From Paraspadella gotoi (Eukaryota > Animalia > Chaetognatha): 64,000 nt of DNA. The notes below the pieces were generated by a model that worked only from the letters and a program-made list of their open reading frames with translations, did not search any database and was not told the DNA's origin. The position numbers were made by a program, and so were the translations under genes. The stretch is taken from NCBI GenBank assembly GCA_051294375.1, contig CM119267.1, positions 11,361,865 through 11,425,864 of the forward strand, given 5' to 3'. Position 1 is the stretch's first letter; every line of letters begins with the position of its first letter. Positions 53,535 through 64,000 of this stretch are shown here, one piece after another.

Positions 53535-53915
53535 CTCCCTGTTTTTTTTTTTTTTTTTTTCCCCCCGTTTTTTTTTTTTTTTTTTTTTTCCACTTTTTTT
53601 TTCCCTGTTTCCCCCTTTTTTTTTTTTTTTTTTTTTTCTTCCATCCTTTCCTTTCCCCTCCCCCCCACTTTTTTCTTCCTTTTTTTTTTTTTTTTTTTTT
53701 TTCTTTTTTTTTCCCCCCCTCCCCCCCCGTCTCCCTTTTTTTTCTTTTTTTTTTTCCCGTCTTTTTATCTTTTTTTCTTTTTTTTTCTTTTTTTTTTTTT
53801 TTTCCCCTTTTTTTGCCCTTTTTTTCCCCCGCCCCCCCCCCTCCCCCCCTTTCATTTTCCCCTTCCCTTCCCTTTTTCCTCTTCCCCCCTTTTTTTGTTT
53901 CTTTTTTCTTCCTTC
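53240..53915. other. Poly-T/poly-C low-complexity insertion, likely sequencing artefact
   Basis: ~680 nt of T/C homopolymers inserted at a site where the other two copies (~29653, ~50491) read simply TTTTTCCCTCGCGAAGG. Confidence 0.75.
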
Positions 53916-54301
53916 CCCGAGATCACTACTTTCGCGAAGGTTAAACCCCACGCTTCGTGGAGAAATCCTCATTCAGGCCTCGATGTCGTTCGAACAGATG
54001 AAGAGGGAAGATCCTTTTTCTGAAGGAAATAAAAAGGAGGTAGCCGTGACGAGAACTGTCCCGCGCAACGCGAAATCGAGAAAGAAGAGAGAGAGAGTAG
54101 AGAGAGAAAAAAAGAGAGTTAACGTCGACGCGAGAAAAAATTCTCGAACGAGAATCGAAAACAAAATTTTTCTAAACGAAAGTTGCTTTATTCCTTCCCG
54201 TCTCTCCTATCTCTGTCTCTCTCTATTTGACATGACATACTTTTTTTGTCGCACAGGCAAAAACGAGAACAACTCAACCAAAAAGACTGGGTGTACGGCC
54301 A

Positions 54302-55673
54302 ATGACTTCGCCGTCGCCCTCGTCGACGATCCCTTCCACCCTCGGTCGCCTCGTTCGTCTCCACGTTCGGCCACAACTTTCCGCCTTCTCCCTAACCGCC
54401 GCCTCCCTTTCCCACAAAACGCCAACTTTCCTACCTCCAACCAACGCGTCTCGTCCACCTCCTACCTCACCGACAACGCCACCTTATTACCCACCAACGG
54501 CCTCTACCAAACGCCTTCCCACCGGTGCCGACGGCCCTCGTCAACCACCACGACTTCAACCGCCGGCAAGCGTCGCCGTTTTCTATCCAATACTCCCCAA
54601 CGTTGCTGCTGCTGCTGACGTTTCGGGCTGGCGCGGCGCCGGACAAGGCGCGACCGATGGGCGTGGTTCACTTCAAGATCCTCGCTTTGCTAGACATCAG
54701 CTAACGGAGTCGTCGACACGCTCGCCGACTTCCCTTCAAAAAAGTTTTGGGGTAAAAGATGTCAATGTGATGACGAATGATGATTAACGAAGGATGATGG
54801 TGATGATGAATGATTGTCATGATATTCGGTTCTATCTTTTTCTATCTTTATATCTATCTTTCTCTCAAGACACTCTCTGGTGGTCTCAGTGTCTGTCTTT
54901 TTGAAGATCGTGAATGAGGATTAAAACATTTTGAGTTACTTGAATCGTCCGCTCCCACAATCTCACCCTTGCCTATCGTTCTGGTAATTTTCTTCGGATA
55001 TCGCCGCTTGCGCAACATTTTTTTATTTGCGGCTTGCCGCGACCTCAATAAAATACGCTTACCGTCGATCTGATTTCAGTCTTCGTTAATTCCATCTGTT
55101 TCTCTGTTTTTATTGCTATCTTTCTATCCTTTCTATCTTTCTATCCGAACATCACGGAAGCGTAACGCCTTTTTGAGGCTCTTGCGCTGCAACAATGAGA
55201 AAGCAACCATGCAAGAAAGAGGCCGAAACGCTATCTCGCTGTTAATTTTTTCTATCATTATTGTAAAGCAAAAGAAGCATCAACTAAATTCTCGAACCGT
55301 AAGTTAAAGAAAGCTCACTACTATTTCGCCATGTAATCTTTACGTAAAATACGTAGAATGTAAAAATGTATAAAACTCGCAGCGGAGTTTAAACCTAAAG
55401 TCTAATTTCCCCGCAAGGAAATAATGATCGAATTGGGCATAAAAAAAGCGCATTTTTTCTCAATAAACATCAGCCGAGTGTTATTCATTGACCTGCCTCG
55501 ACGGTTTCTTTCTTCGTTAAAAGGCTCGCGAACCAAGCAGAACCGTTTACACTGGTCTTCGAGAGAAAAACTTCAAAACGTTAATTAACAATAATTGCGT
55601 TAAGGTTGGGGCTGGTTCAGAAAGAAAGAAAGAAAGAAAGAAGAAAGAAACAAAAGAAAGAAGAGAGGAGAGG

Positions 55674-55734
<61 letters not shown>

Positions 55735-58700
55735 AAGACGACCTTTTTTTCGACGCCGTCAAATCCTTTTTAAAAGTCTTCATTTTCATTGTTCGCGGTG
55801 GTCGCCGAGTCGGAAAGCTGGGTTTTGAAGGGGATTTAGGTCGCGTCCCCTGCCTGCGTCGCCTTGACCAAGGATTTTGGTTGCGAAACGGCCGAAAGAA
55901 TTCGCACACGCTATTAATACTCGTAATCTTTAATAACCCGGCGATGACCAGTGTGTAAATTGAAAAAAATCGCTTTGAAAAGTTTTCAAAAACTGTTGTT
56001 GATCTGGCAATTTTAATAACTGTTTGAAGCTTCTGGCTTCTATGCGTAGCAACGTAGTACTTCTTTGAACGGCATGATCGATCTAGTATTAAACAATATT
56101 TATGTATAGTAATCGTATGAAAAGTTTGCAGCAAATGTTTACATCGGAATAAAATGAGTCAAAAAGCCCCAAATGTTTTGTTTATCTTCGCCCAGCTGCC
56201 GAAAGTGGAGCTGCTTCCGCGTTCGAGATTTCTTCGTGGATCTTCATGACACCGGCGACGGTCCGTCCGTCCTCGTGCTCAATCGATACTTCACGGCGTT
56301 TTCGCTATCATGACGGTCAAACGACTCTTGGCCTGGTCCAGCCAATTAAGTCGGGCAATTAGTTTTCTTTCAAAGGTGAATACGTTTGTTTTTTTTTTAA
56401 GTGCGCCGCGAGTACTCGCGGAGCAAACTGCGGTTCGGTCTGTCGGTCGGTATGTCTGTCAGTCGGGTCTGTCCCACTTACGTTAAAAATGCTTATAATT
56501 CTATAGTTTGGTTTCTCAATTTGTTATGACAGAAAAAAGCTCCTAAATTATAAGAATAAAAAAGACGAAATTTTGATGTCATAAATACACACAGGCAAAA
56601 AAAAAAATATTTTTAATCATATCAATGTGATCAAGACAAATTATATTGTAAGAATAAAGTCAACTGCGGCGCAACACAATTGGAAATTACCGTTCTTGTT
56701 TGTTATTTTTTTTTTTTTGCCCAAGAAATAAAACCAAATTGAATTTATGAGGCTTTTGACGGACATTGATTGATTTAAATTGAATCTCTCCATTAAATTT
56801 TTTACTGAGAATAAATTTGCTCTGGTCTCAAGTCGGCGAGTAAGAACGTAGCATTTTTAAATAAAAAAGTAAACACGTAGTTGAGTAAATTAGAAAGTCT
56901 TAAAGCTTACTTTCCTCGCCATAACCACCCACTACAACAATACGCCCCTTACTCTCTCTAAAGCCAAAAACCAGCGAAAGCGGAGCGACGTCACCAGCGA
57001 GCTCAAATCCTCTCGGCCTCCTCCTCCCTTCTTCCTCCTCCTCGTCCTCGCCGTCATCTCGGCCAATGTGGAGACGACCGTCGACGCGGATGTGCGACCT
57101 CGATCAGTGTGGTTAGCTTCGCCACCTTCAGCCTCTCCGCCACGACGTCTCCGTCACCATCGTCCTCCGAGGTGAGAAATTTTTTGTTTTTGTTGCGTCG
57201 AATCGGTTGGGTTTGTTTTTGTGTTTGTTTTTGTGTTTTTGTGTTTTTGTGTTTGTTTTTGTTGCGTCGAATCGGTTGGGAATATCGAACTTCTCTCTGG
57301 GAAATACTACAGGGAGGTATAGCTTTTTTGAGACTAACTTCAAGTGCTTACAGCATAAAAAAGGTTAATGATCGGAGAAAAAAAAAGATTATATTTGGAA
57401 ACTAGTCTAATTTTTCTTTTCGTTCGATATCGAAAATGTCTGGAAAATCCAACAGCAACTCGTGTCATTGATGCTTTTCGCATTTTTGGGGAAGATTTTG
57501 GCGAAAATCAAGACAAATTATTGTATGTAGTCAAATCTGTTTTTAATATCGCGAGCCATGGCTACTAGAATTTGACCAATTTAACACTGCAAAAAAATAT
57601 AACAGAGTTAAAAATATTTGACAACGTTATTTAATATCAAACGTGGTAAAAAACATTTATATTCAGTTAAGAACTAAATTATTTAAATTTGTTCCATTGT
57701 CCTCGAATTAGAACTCGAAAATCGAACCGGAAGAAAACGGAGCAAGAAAAAAAAATAATTTCGGTTGCCCAAGGTTACGCGTTTGCCCGGAAGTGGGCGT
57801 GTCAAGAGAAACGAGGGGAAAAAAAATTTCATCTTCGTCTGACAATTTTATGACAGAAATAAACTTCTGGCGCAGAAGAAAGGAAGAGTCGAACAATAAA
57901 AAGTGGGCGAGACGTAGAGATAATACGGAAAGGCTAAAAATTGTGCGCGCGAGAGAGTTTCTCTTTTGAAGAGACGCGATAATTAACGGATAAACCGATA
58001 ACGAAAATTGGGGAAAAAAACCTTCGTTTCTCACCTCGGCTCATTAAATGAAAATTCATGGTTGTTAATCTTAGATGCCACTCTGTAACTCTCCGTCGCT
58101 TATCCTTCCAGGCGTTCTCATGTATCGGCGACGCCTGTCTCAAGTCTCCACGCGATCGGGCGCCGAGATGGAGCTTCTCGTCCTACTCATCGCCGTTTCC
58201 TTCGCCGTTCTCCACGCCCCCTTTTTCGTGCTGTTCGGAGAGGCGCTCTCGGTTCCGCACGATCCCATCACAGGTGAGGCTGCGCCAAAATGGTCGCTGA
58301 GGGAATTTTGGGAAAATGATCGACTTTCGTTGATTTGGTTGATTGATTGATTGATTGCTAAAGTTATATTTATTTTTTAGTTGAAACTTTTCGGACGCAT
58401 GTAGGTAGGACCAACCAAATTAAATAAAATTTAATCAAAATTACCTCTAACTCAGTGGATTAATTAAAAAAAGAAGAAAAAAAACAATCATAAACGAAAT
58501 AATTGCCACAAAAATCTTTTAAATTACAATTAAAGGTTAATAACGTGGGATTTGTTAAATTTAATAGTCAAGATATATATTAATAGTGAAAAGCCGAGTT
58601 TTTCAAATATTAAAATTTTAAAATCTCCAGGCATCAACCCCATAACGGGCAACGTCCACGACATCTGCTTCTCCGTCAACTCCGCCGTCAACTTCTTCCT

Positions 58701-58935
58701 CTTCGTCGCCGCCAACTCTTCCTTCAAGCGCACCTTCGTCGGTCTCCTCCGCGGATACTCGGCCGAGGACTTCCCCGCCGACTTCATGAACTCGGTGACG
58801 CCGAACCGGAAGGAGGAGGCGTGGCAGCAGGACAAGCACCTCATCGATCTAGTTGGAAAGAGGAGGACGGGGGAGACGAGCCTGGGGAACGGATCGATCG
58901 AAGGGGAGGAAGAGAGGGTGGACGACTTGAAATGA
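54302..58935 (+). CDS. Second assembled copy of the class A GPCR; exons 4-5 intact, exons 1-3 frameshifted
   Basis: Exon 4 (58112-58273, GVLMYRRRLSQVSTRSGAEMELLVLLIAVSFAVLHAPFFVLFGEALSVPHDPIT) and exon 5 (58631-58935, GINPITGNVHDICFSVNSAVNFFLFVAANSSFKRTF...DDLK*) are in frame with phase-1 junctions. Confidence 0.7.
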
Positions 58936-59670
58936 GGTCTACGTGATTACCGAGGGAGGGATTCTTCTGTTGTTTCTTATTTATCGATGCTATTTTGTTT
59001 ATTTTTTTAGATTCTCTGCTTTACATTATGTTTTATTTCCTATTTCGTACGATATCAAATCGACTTGATAATTATCATTTGATTTTCTTGGGTATAAAAG
59101 AATGTTCAGTCAAGAATCAGTCATTGAAGAATAGAAAACGCTAACGAGTTGCGTCTAGTATTGTTAAATCGTGATTGTCACTCGAGTACCAAAACCAAAA
59201 GGCTGCAAATTTGCCTCTATTTCTTTCGTCGGACCTTTCTTCTATTCCTTGCAAGAGTTTTTGCTTTTTAACGAAAAGTTGATTTTTGCCTAACAGCTCA
59301 CACAACAAACAGAAAGGATTTTTACAAGATGGTTTTTATCCATATTTCAATGACCACGCTTTTGATTCTAAAACAAAACGAAAATAGAAAATATTTTTGT
59401 TCTTCACATTTAAGTCGTAGGCAGTCCGATCAATGGGAAACTTGAATGCTTATCAAAAGCCACAATTCCTTTGCCCGATCACGACGGCGACCCCTCTGCC
59501 CGAAACGAAACCCGTCGCTCACGCCCGAGTAGAGTGGCCCTCAGCCCGAAGAAGGGCGCCGCCTTCTTCTCTGCCCGACCAGGGCGCCGTTTGTCTGATT
59601 GCGAATTTCTTCGAGCGGCGGATTCGGATTTAATATCGTTCCTCATAAATTCATCACCTAGACGACGAGC

Positions 59671-59764
<94 letters not shown>

Positions 59765-59932
59765 CTTCTGACAGCGGTTGCTACGTTCACGAGCGAAGCA
59801 ACGCAGTTTCCGGCGAAGAAAAAAAAAGTGGAAGGGATTTAAGGTCAAGACTGAAGCGAAGCGTGAGAGAAAGGTTGAGACAGAACAAGGGAGACGAAGG
59901 GAGAGAGAGAAGGAGAGAGAGAGAGAGAGAGA

Positions 59933-60016
<84 letters not shown>

Positions 60017-60712
60017 AGCGACGAAAATCAGAATGGATGGGCGCAATATAACGCTCAAGAGATACAGGAAGGGAGATAGAGGGAGTAAGAGAAATATAGA
60101 AAGAAAGAGAGAGAGAGCGAGAGCGTGTGTCGAAACAGCTTTACCTTTTTTTTTTCTTGTTTTGACATTCTGAATTTGTCAAGAGAGAGACTCGTGTTAG
60201 GAACTCGGAATAACTCGTTCACTCGGCTCAAATCTCTGGCGCCATTGATATTTTTTTGTTTAACCTGTCTGTTTCGGAGTCTCGTACAATGTATGTATGT
60301 ATATATGTATGTATGTATGTATGCATGCATGTATGTTCCTACTACTTTGTTCCGTATTCTTTTTTTCATCTTGAAAATCATTCTTCCGTCGCATCAGTCG
60401 AACCCAGCTTGAGCTGCGGCGTTGACCAAATCATCATTTAACCTAATGACAACTGAATGCCTCCTTACGAAAGTTTTAAGTGAGGTGATTCGTGATTAAC
60501 TTTACGAAGAAAATGGTGTAATGATTAAACGTTATATGAGATATCTCAGATATGAGACATGAGATCTCAATTAAATGAGATCTCATGAGATGACATGACA
60601 TGACATGACATAAATGAGATGACATGAGATCTAAATTAAATGAATTTTATTCAATCTAATTTTAGACGGGGTTCCAAAATATGACCCTATGGCCTTATGG
60701 CCTTATGGCCTC

Positions 60713-60909
60713 GAAGGGGGAACACACCATCCCAAGCGTTGTGTTCTATTCACAGTCGTAACGACTTCCCTCTGCGTTGGCAAAGCGAGACCATCTTAGG
60801 GTAAACTCCCCAGTAACAGGAGGCGTCACTGAGGGTCGGAAGCCCCCAAAACCAACAGTGAGAAGCCCCATCCCAATGGGCATCACAAGCAACCCGGCTG
60901 TTGCCATTA
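60713..60909 (+). mobile_element. Structured dispersed repeat (cleaner counterpart of 36803-37008)
   Basis: Aligns to the reverse complement of 12922-13100. Confidence 0.65.
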
Positions 60910-62119
60910 CGTTTTTTTCTGCGATTGCACTTCAGGTTTCGCCGTGAAGTCGTCATTGCCTCGGCGGCGATACAATGACGACCCCGCGTCCGACGATATA
61001 TCTCAGAGTTCCGAGTTTCTGGAGAAAAACAAACATAAGCCTCGAGGGCGTGAGAAGTTTTCGGTCGAGTGAGTTCGAGGGTAAGGGCGAGTTCATTCTT
61101 ACGAATTATGTGAGGTGAGTTGGAGTTGAGACCTTGAGAAATAGATGAATTTACGCATTGATTCTTTTCATTGTAGATTAATAGGGATTAACTGGACGCA
61201 AGTAATACGTTACTTAGTGGATGAGAAAGAAGTGCGAGAGATAGAGTAGTATTGAAGAATCGGGCTTGGGAAAGGAGTGAGAGAGAAAAATAGAGAACGC
61301 AGAGAAAACCAGGGAAGAGAGAAAAAAAAAGAGAGAATTCGAGCAGGAGTTTCATGTCCTTATATGGCAAAAAACAGAGAAAAATTGGAAATTGGCTTAT
61401 AATTATATTGTCCGTGAAACACTCAACTTTCGATTTATTTTTTATCACGTACGATAAATCCACATAATATTTATTTAATTATGACAAAATACAGAATTAA
61501 CCGTTTGTGTTCTGTAAAAAGCTACACTTATATCTTTTTAACTTTAAAAAACTGAGAAATAAATTGATTTTGAAATTATTATTTCTAATTCTAACTCTAA
61601 TTCTGCCAATTTCTTTTTTAGTTGGATCTGCGTATCGCTGATTCTGACGGTCCCACCCCAAAATCTTGTCGGTAAATCTATTTAATCATATCAGAACATC
61701 GAATTATGATAAATTATGCAAAAAAATGTTGTCCGTCCGTCCGTCTGTCTGTCTGTCCGTCCGTCCGTCGGTCCGTCCGTCCGTTCCCCAAAATTACTCG
61801 TGATTGGATGGATGGATTGGAATAAAATTTTGTGTGGGGGTAGTAAAGTGTATGATTAAGATGGATATAAAGTTTCAATGGAATCGTGCAAGTGGAATGT
61901 GTTAAAATTGCAAAAACAAAAGTGACATTCACTTTTTTATACTTATAATTACTCATAATTATTCTATTTATTCAGAATTGCATAGATGAATTGAGACAAA
62001 ATTTTGTGTGTGGGTAGAAAAGTGTGTAATGAAGCTTGCTATAAAGGAATGAAATCGTGCTAGTGAAAATGAGTTTTAATGAAAAAAACAAAAGTCACAT
62101 TTACTTGAATTTTATTAAA

Positions 62120-62159
<40 letters not shown>

Positions 62160-62304
62160 CTTTCTCATAGATAAAATCATTAATTAACTAATTGTTAAGT
62201 TAATTGACTGATTGATTTATATATTTTTTAATGGTTTATTAAGAGATCTGTGATGATTTATAATCTAATGATCTGTTATAAAAAAATTATGAAAAAATTA
62301 ATTA

Positions 62305-62545
62305 AGTTAACCAAATTATCAAAGTTGACAAAATTACGACAGTTGACCCAATTATGCCAGTTGACCGAATTATGCCAGTTTGACAAAATTATGCCAGTTG
62401 ACCAAATTATACCAATTGACCAAATTATGGCAGTTGACCAAATTATGTCAGTTCACCAAATTATTCCAGTTGACCAAATCATGCAAATTGGCTAAATTAT
62501 GCCAGTTGACCAAATTAGGCAAGTTGACCAAATTCTGCGAGTTTT
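62305..62545. repeat. 18-bp minisatellite (TTGACCAAATTATGCCAG)
   Basis: Directly visible; it produces the spurious LTKLCQ/VDQIM ORFs. Confidence 0.9.
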
Positions 62546-63126
62546 ATTTATTAAGAAGTCTGTTATGATTTGTCATGAAATTTGTACAACCAATATAAAA
62601 ATTATCCATGTTATGTTATAATTTGTTATAATCTGTCAAGATCACAAATTTAAAGTCAGAAAGAATTATTGTGATTTATCATCGGATTAGCAGATTACCA
62701 CTTAATTATCGCAGGCAGTTCCGACATTGTTTGCTCAATCTTGTTTTTTATCGTCTAGGCTCGGACATCCGGGCTTTCGAAATGAGTTGGTTTTTATAAG
62801 ATCTTCTATCAAGAGTCATATCGGCGAACGTCAGAAAGTCCTGCGGGTATAATATGTCTTTGTCTTCGTGACTTTTTTTTTTCTCTTTCTCGTCGATGTC
62901 GCGTGATACATAATTAAACCGGCGCGGTGACATAAATTCACGTGACCGCTCCAAATCTGATGCAATAACTAGAGAGTCTCGATGCGGTTCAAAACTCCTT
63001 TTAAAAGCGAATCGCAAAGAAAAATTAAAACTGCGCATTTTAAAGAAACATTATCAGTTTTAATAATCGATCGACAGGCTAGAGCCAGAAATTCCCGCTG
63101 TCCGTCATTAATTGTTGACATTCGAA

Positions 63127-63924
63127 ATGGCGTCTTCGATGATCGAGGAGGCCGAATCCGTTGTCGAAGCCCTCGACGCCGGAAATGACGACGCGGCGAG
63201 CGACGACGCCGCAAACGATTCCATCCCCAACGACGACGCGTCCGCCGAAAATTCTCGACCGGCTTCGTCGTCTTCGTCGTCGCCGTCGGCTTCTTTGTCG
63301 TCGCTGGAAAAATCGACGACATTAAACTTTAAACGAATGTTGTCGAAGCTGAATAAATACTTTAGAGAAGTACCGTCGCGTTCACGCCGCAGATGGAAAT
63401 CGCTCCGCGACAAAAACGACGCCCATAACCGTGTTGGCGGAGGTGATGGAAGTCGTGATGGCGAGAATGGCGGCGGCGGTGATGAAGGCGGGACCGACGA
63501 GGGCTGCGTCAATGTCCTTAGAGACGATCCAAATTCAAACCCAGACCCCGCAATCAACACCGGAGATAAGTCTTCCCCGGTCTTGAATGCCGAACCACAC
63601 TGGCCGTCCGACATCGACGAGCGCACATCCTCCATGGACTATACAGATTCACTCTGCTACCGTCTCTTCTTGGCCGTGGAGGATGGAACCGAATCGGAGC
63701 CTTGCAGGTCTCTCAGAGTCACGCACCTCGTCGACGCCGGCCGCCCGACCGACAACGCCAACGAAAATGGAGAAAACTCCGATGACACGTGGAAACGTCT
63801 CGCACGCGTTGATAAAGTCCCCATTAGTTACGTTCCACGGCGTCAGACGGGCGCATTCGAGCCCGTCGTCAGTGACGACGTTCAACTCACGACGTTTGAG
63901 ATTCACTTTATATTCGACTCCAAG
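63127..63924 (+). CDS. Exon 1 of orphan gene (cleaner copy)
   Basis: Open frame from ATG 63127 (MASSMIEEAESVVEALDAG...) to donor AAG|GTACAG at 63924; GC-rich. Confidence 0.5.
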
Positions 63925-64000
63925 GTACAGTTAGAGCAATTTTAAAATATTTATTATTATACATTATCACTTCATTATATTATTTGTTATTTCAATCAAA

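Larger units (their letters stand above)
52782..64000 (+). repeat. Second direct copy, of ~29287-40120 (GPCR locus to orphan exon 1)
   Basis: Collinear match after the 25-N gap at 52757-52781. Noisy to ~55590, identical to copy 1 over ~55588-57195, then cleaner than copy 1. Confidence 0.9.

Noticed and set aside
53211-54023. Long poly-Phe / poly-Lys ORFs
   Set aside because: They derive from a homopolymer insertion absent in the two other copies of the site; most likely a sequencing artefact.
62250-62568. Repetitive ORFs (LTKLCQ / VDQIM) and a CRISPR-like appearance
   Set aside because: An 18-bp tandem minisatellite with no unique spacers, in a eukaryotic context with no cas genes.

Overview
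Eukaryotic (invertebrate-animal-like) genomic DNA with spliceosomal introns, AT-rich introns, many (AG)n microsatellites and five N-gaps. The main feature is a spliced + strand gene of about 2,500 aa (~13.8-25.7 kb). It encodes four tandem 6-TM + cyclic-nucleotide-binding-domain (CNBD) channel repeats, the CNGK/tetraKCNG architecture. None of its four pore loops has the GYG K+ filter and all four CNBD phosphate-binding cassettes look degenerate. Downstream are a chain of small acidic exons (26.2-27.5 kb), a 5-exon class A peptide-receptor-like (FMRFamide/Srw-like) GPCR (30.0-34.9 kb) and an orphan gene (39.3-41.3 kb). Everything after 41.9 kb consists of two indel-rich re-copies of 21.6-32.1 kb and 29.3-40.1 kb. 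These are most likely long-read gap-fill or haplotype artefacts rather than real duplications. Also present: a Gypsy gag remnant, MITE-like inverted repeats, Helentron-type (HINE/DINE-like) elements, a structured dispersed repeat and a degenerate twister-ribozyme-like motif. All gene models were assembled by eye from splice sites and reading-frame phase; no database searches were run.
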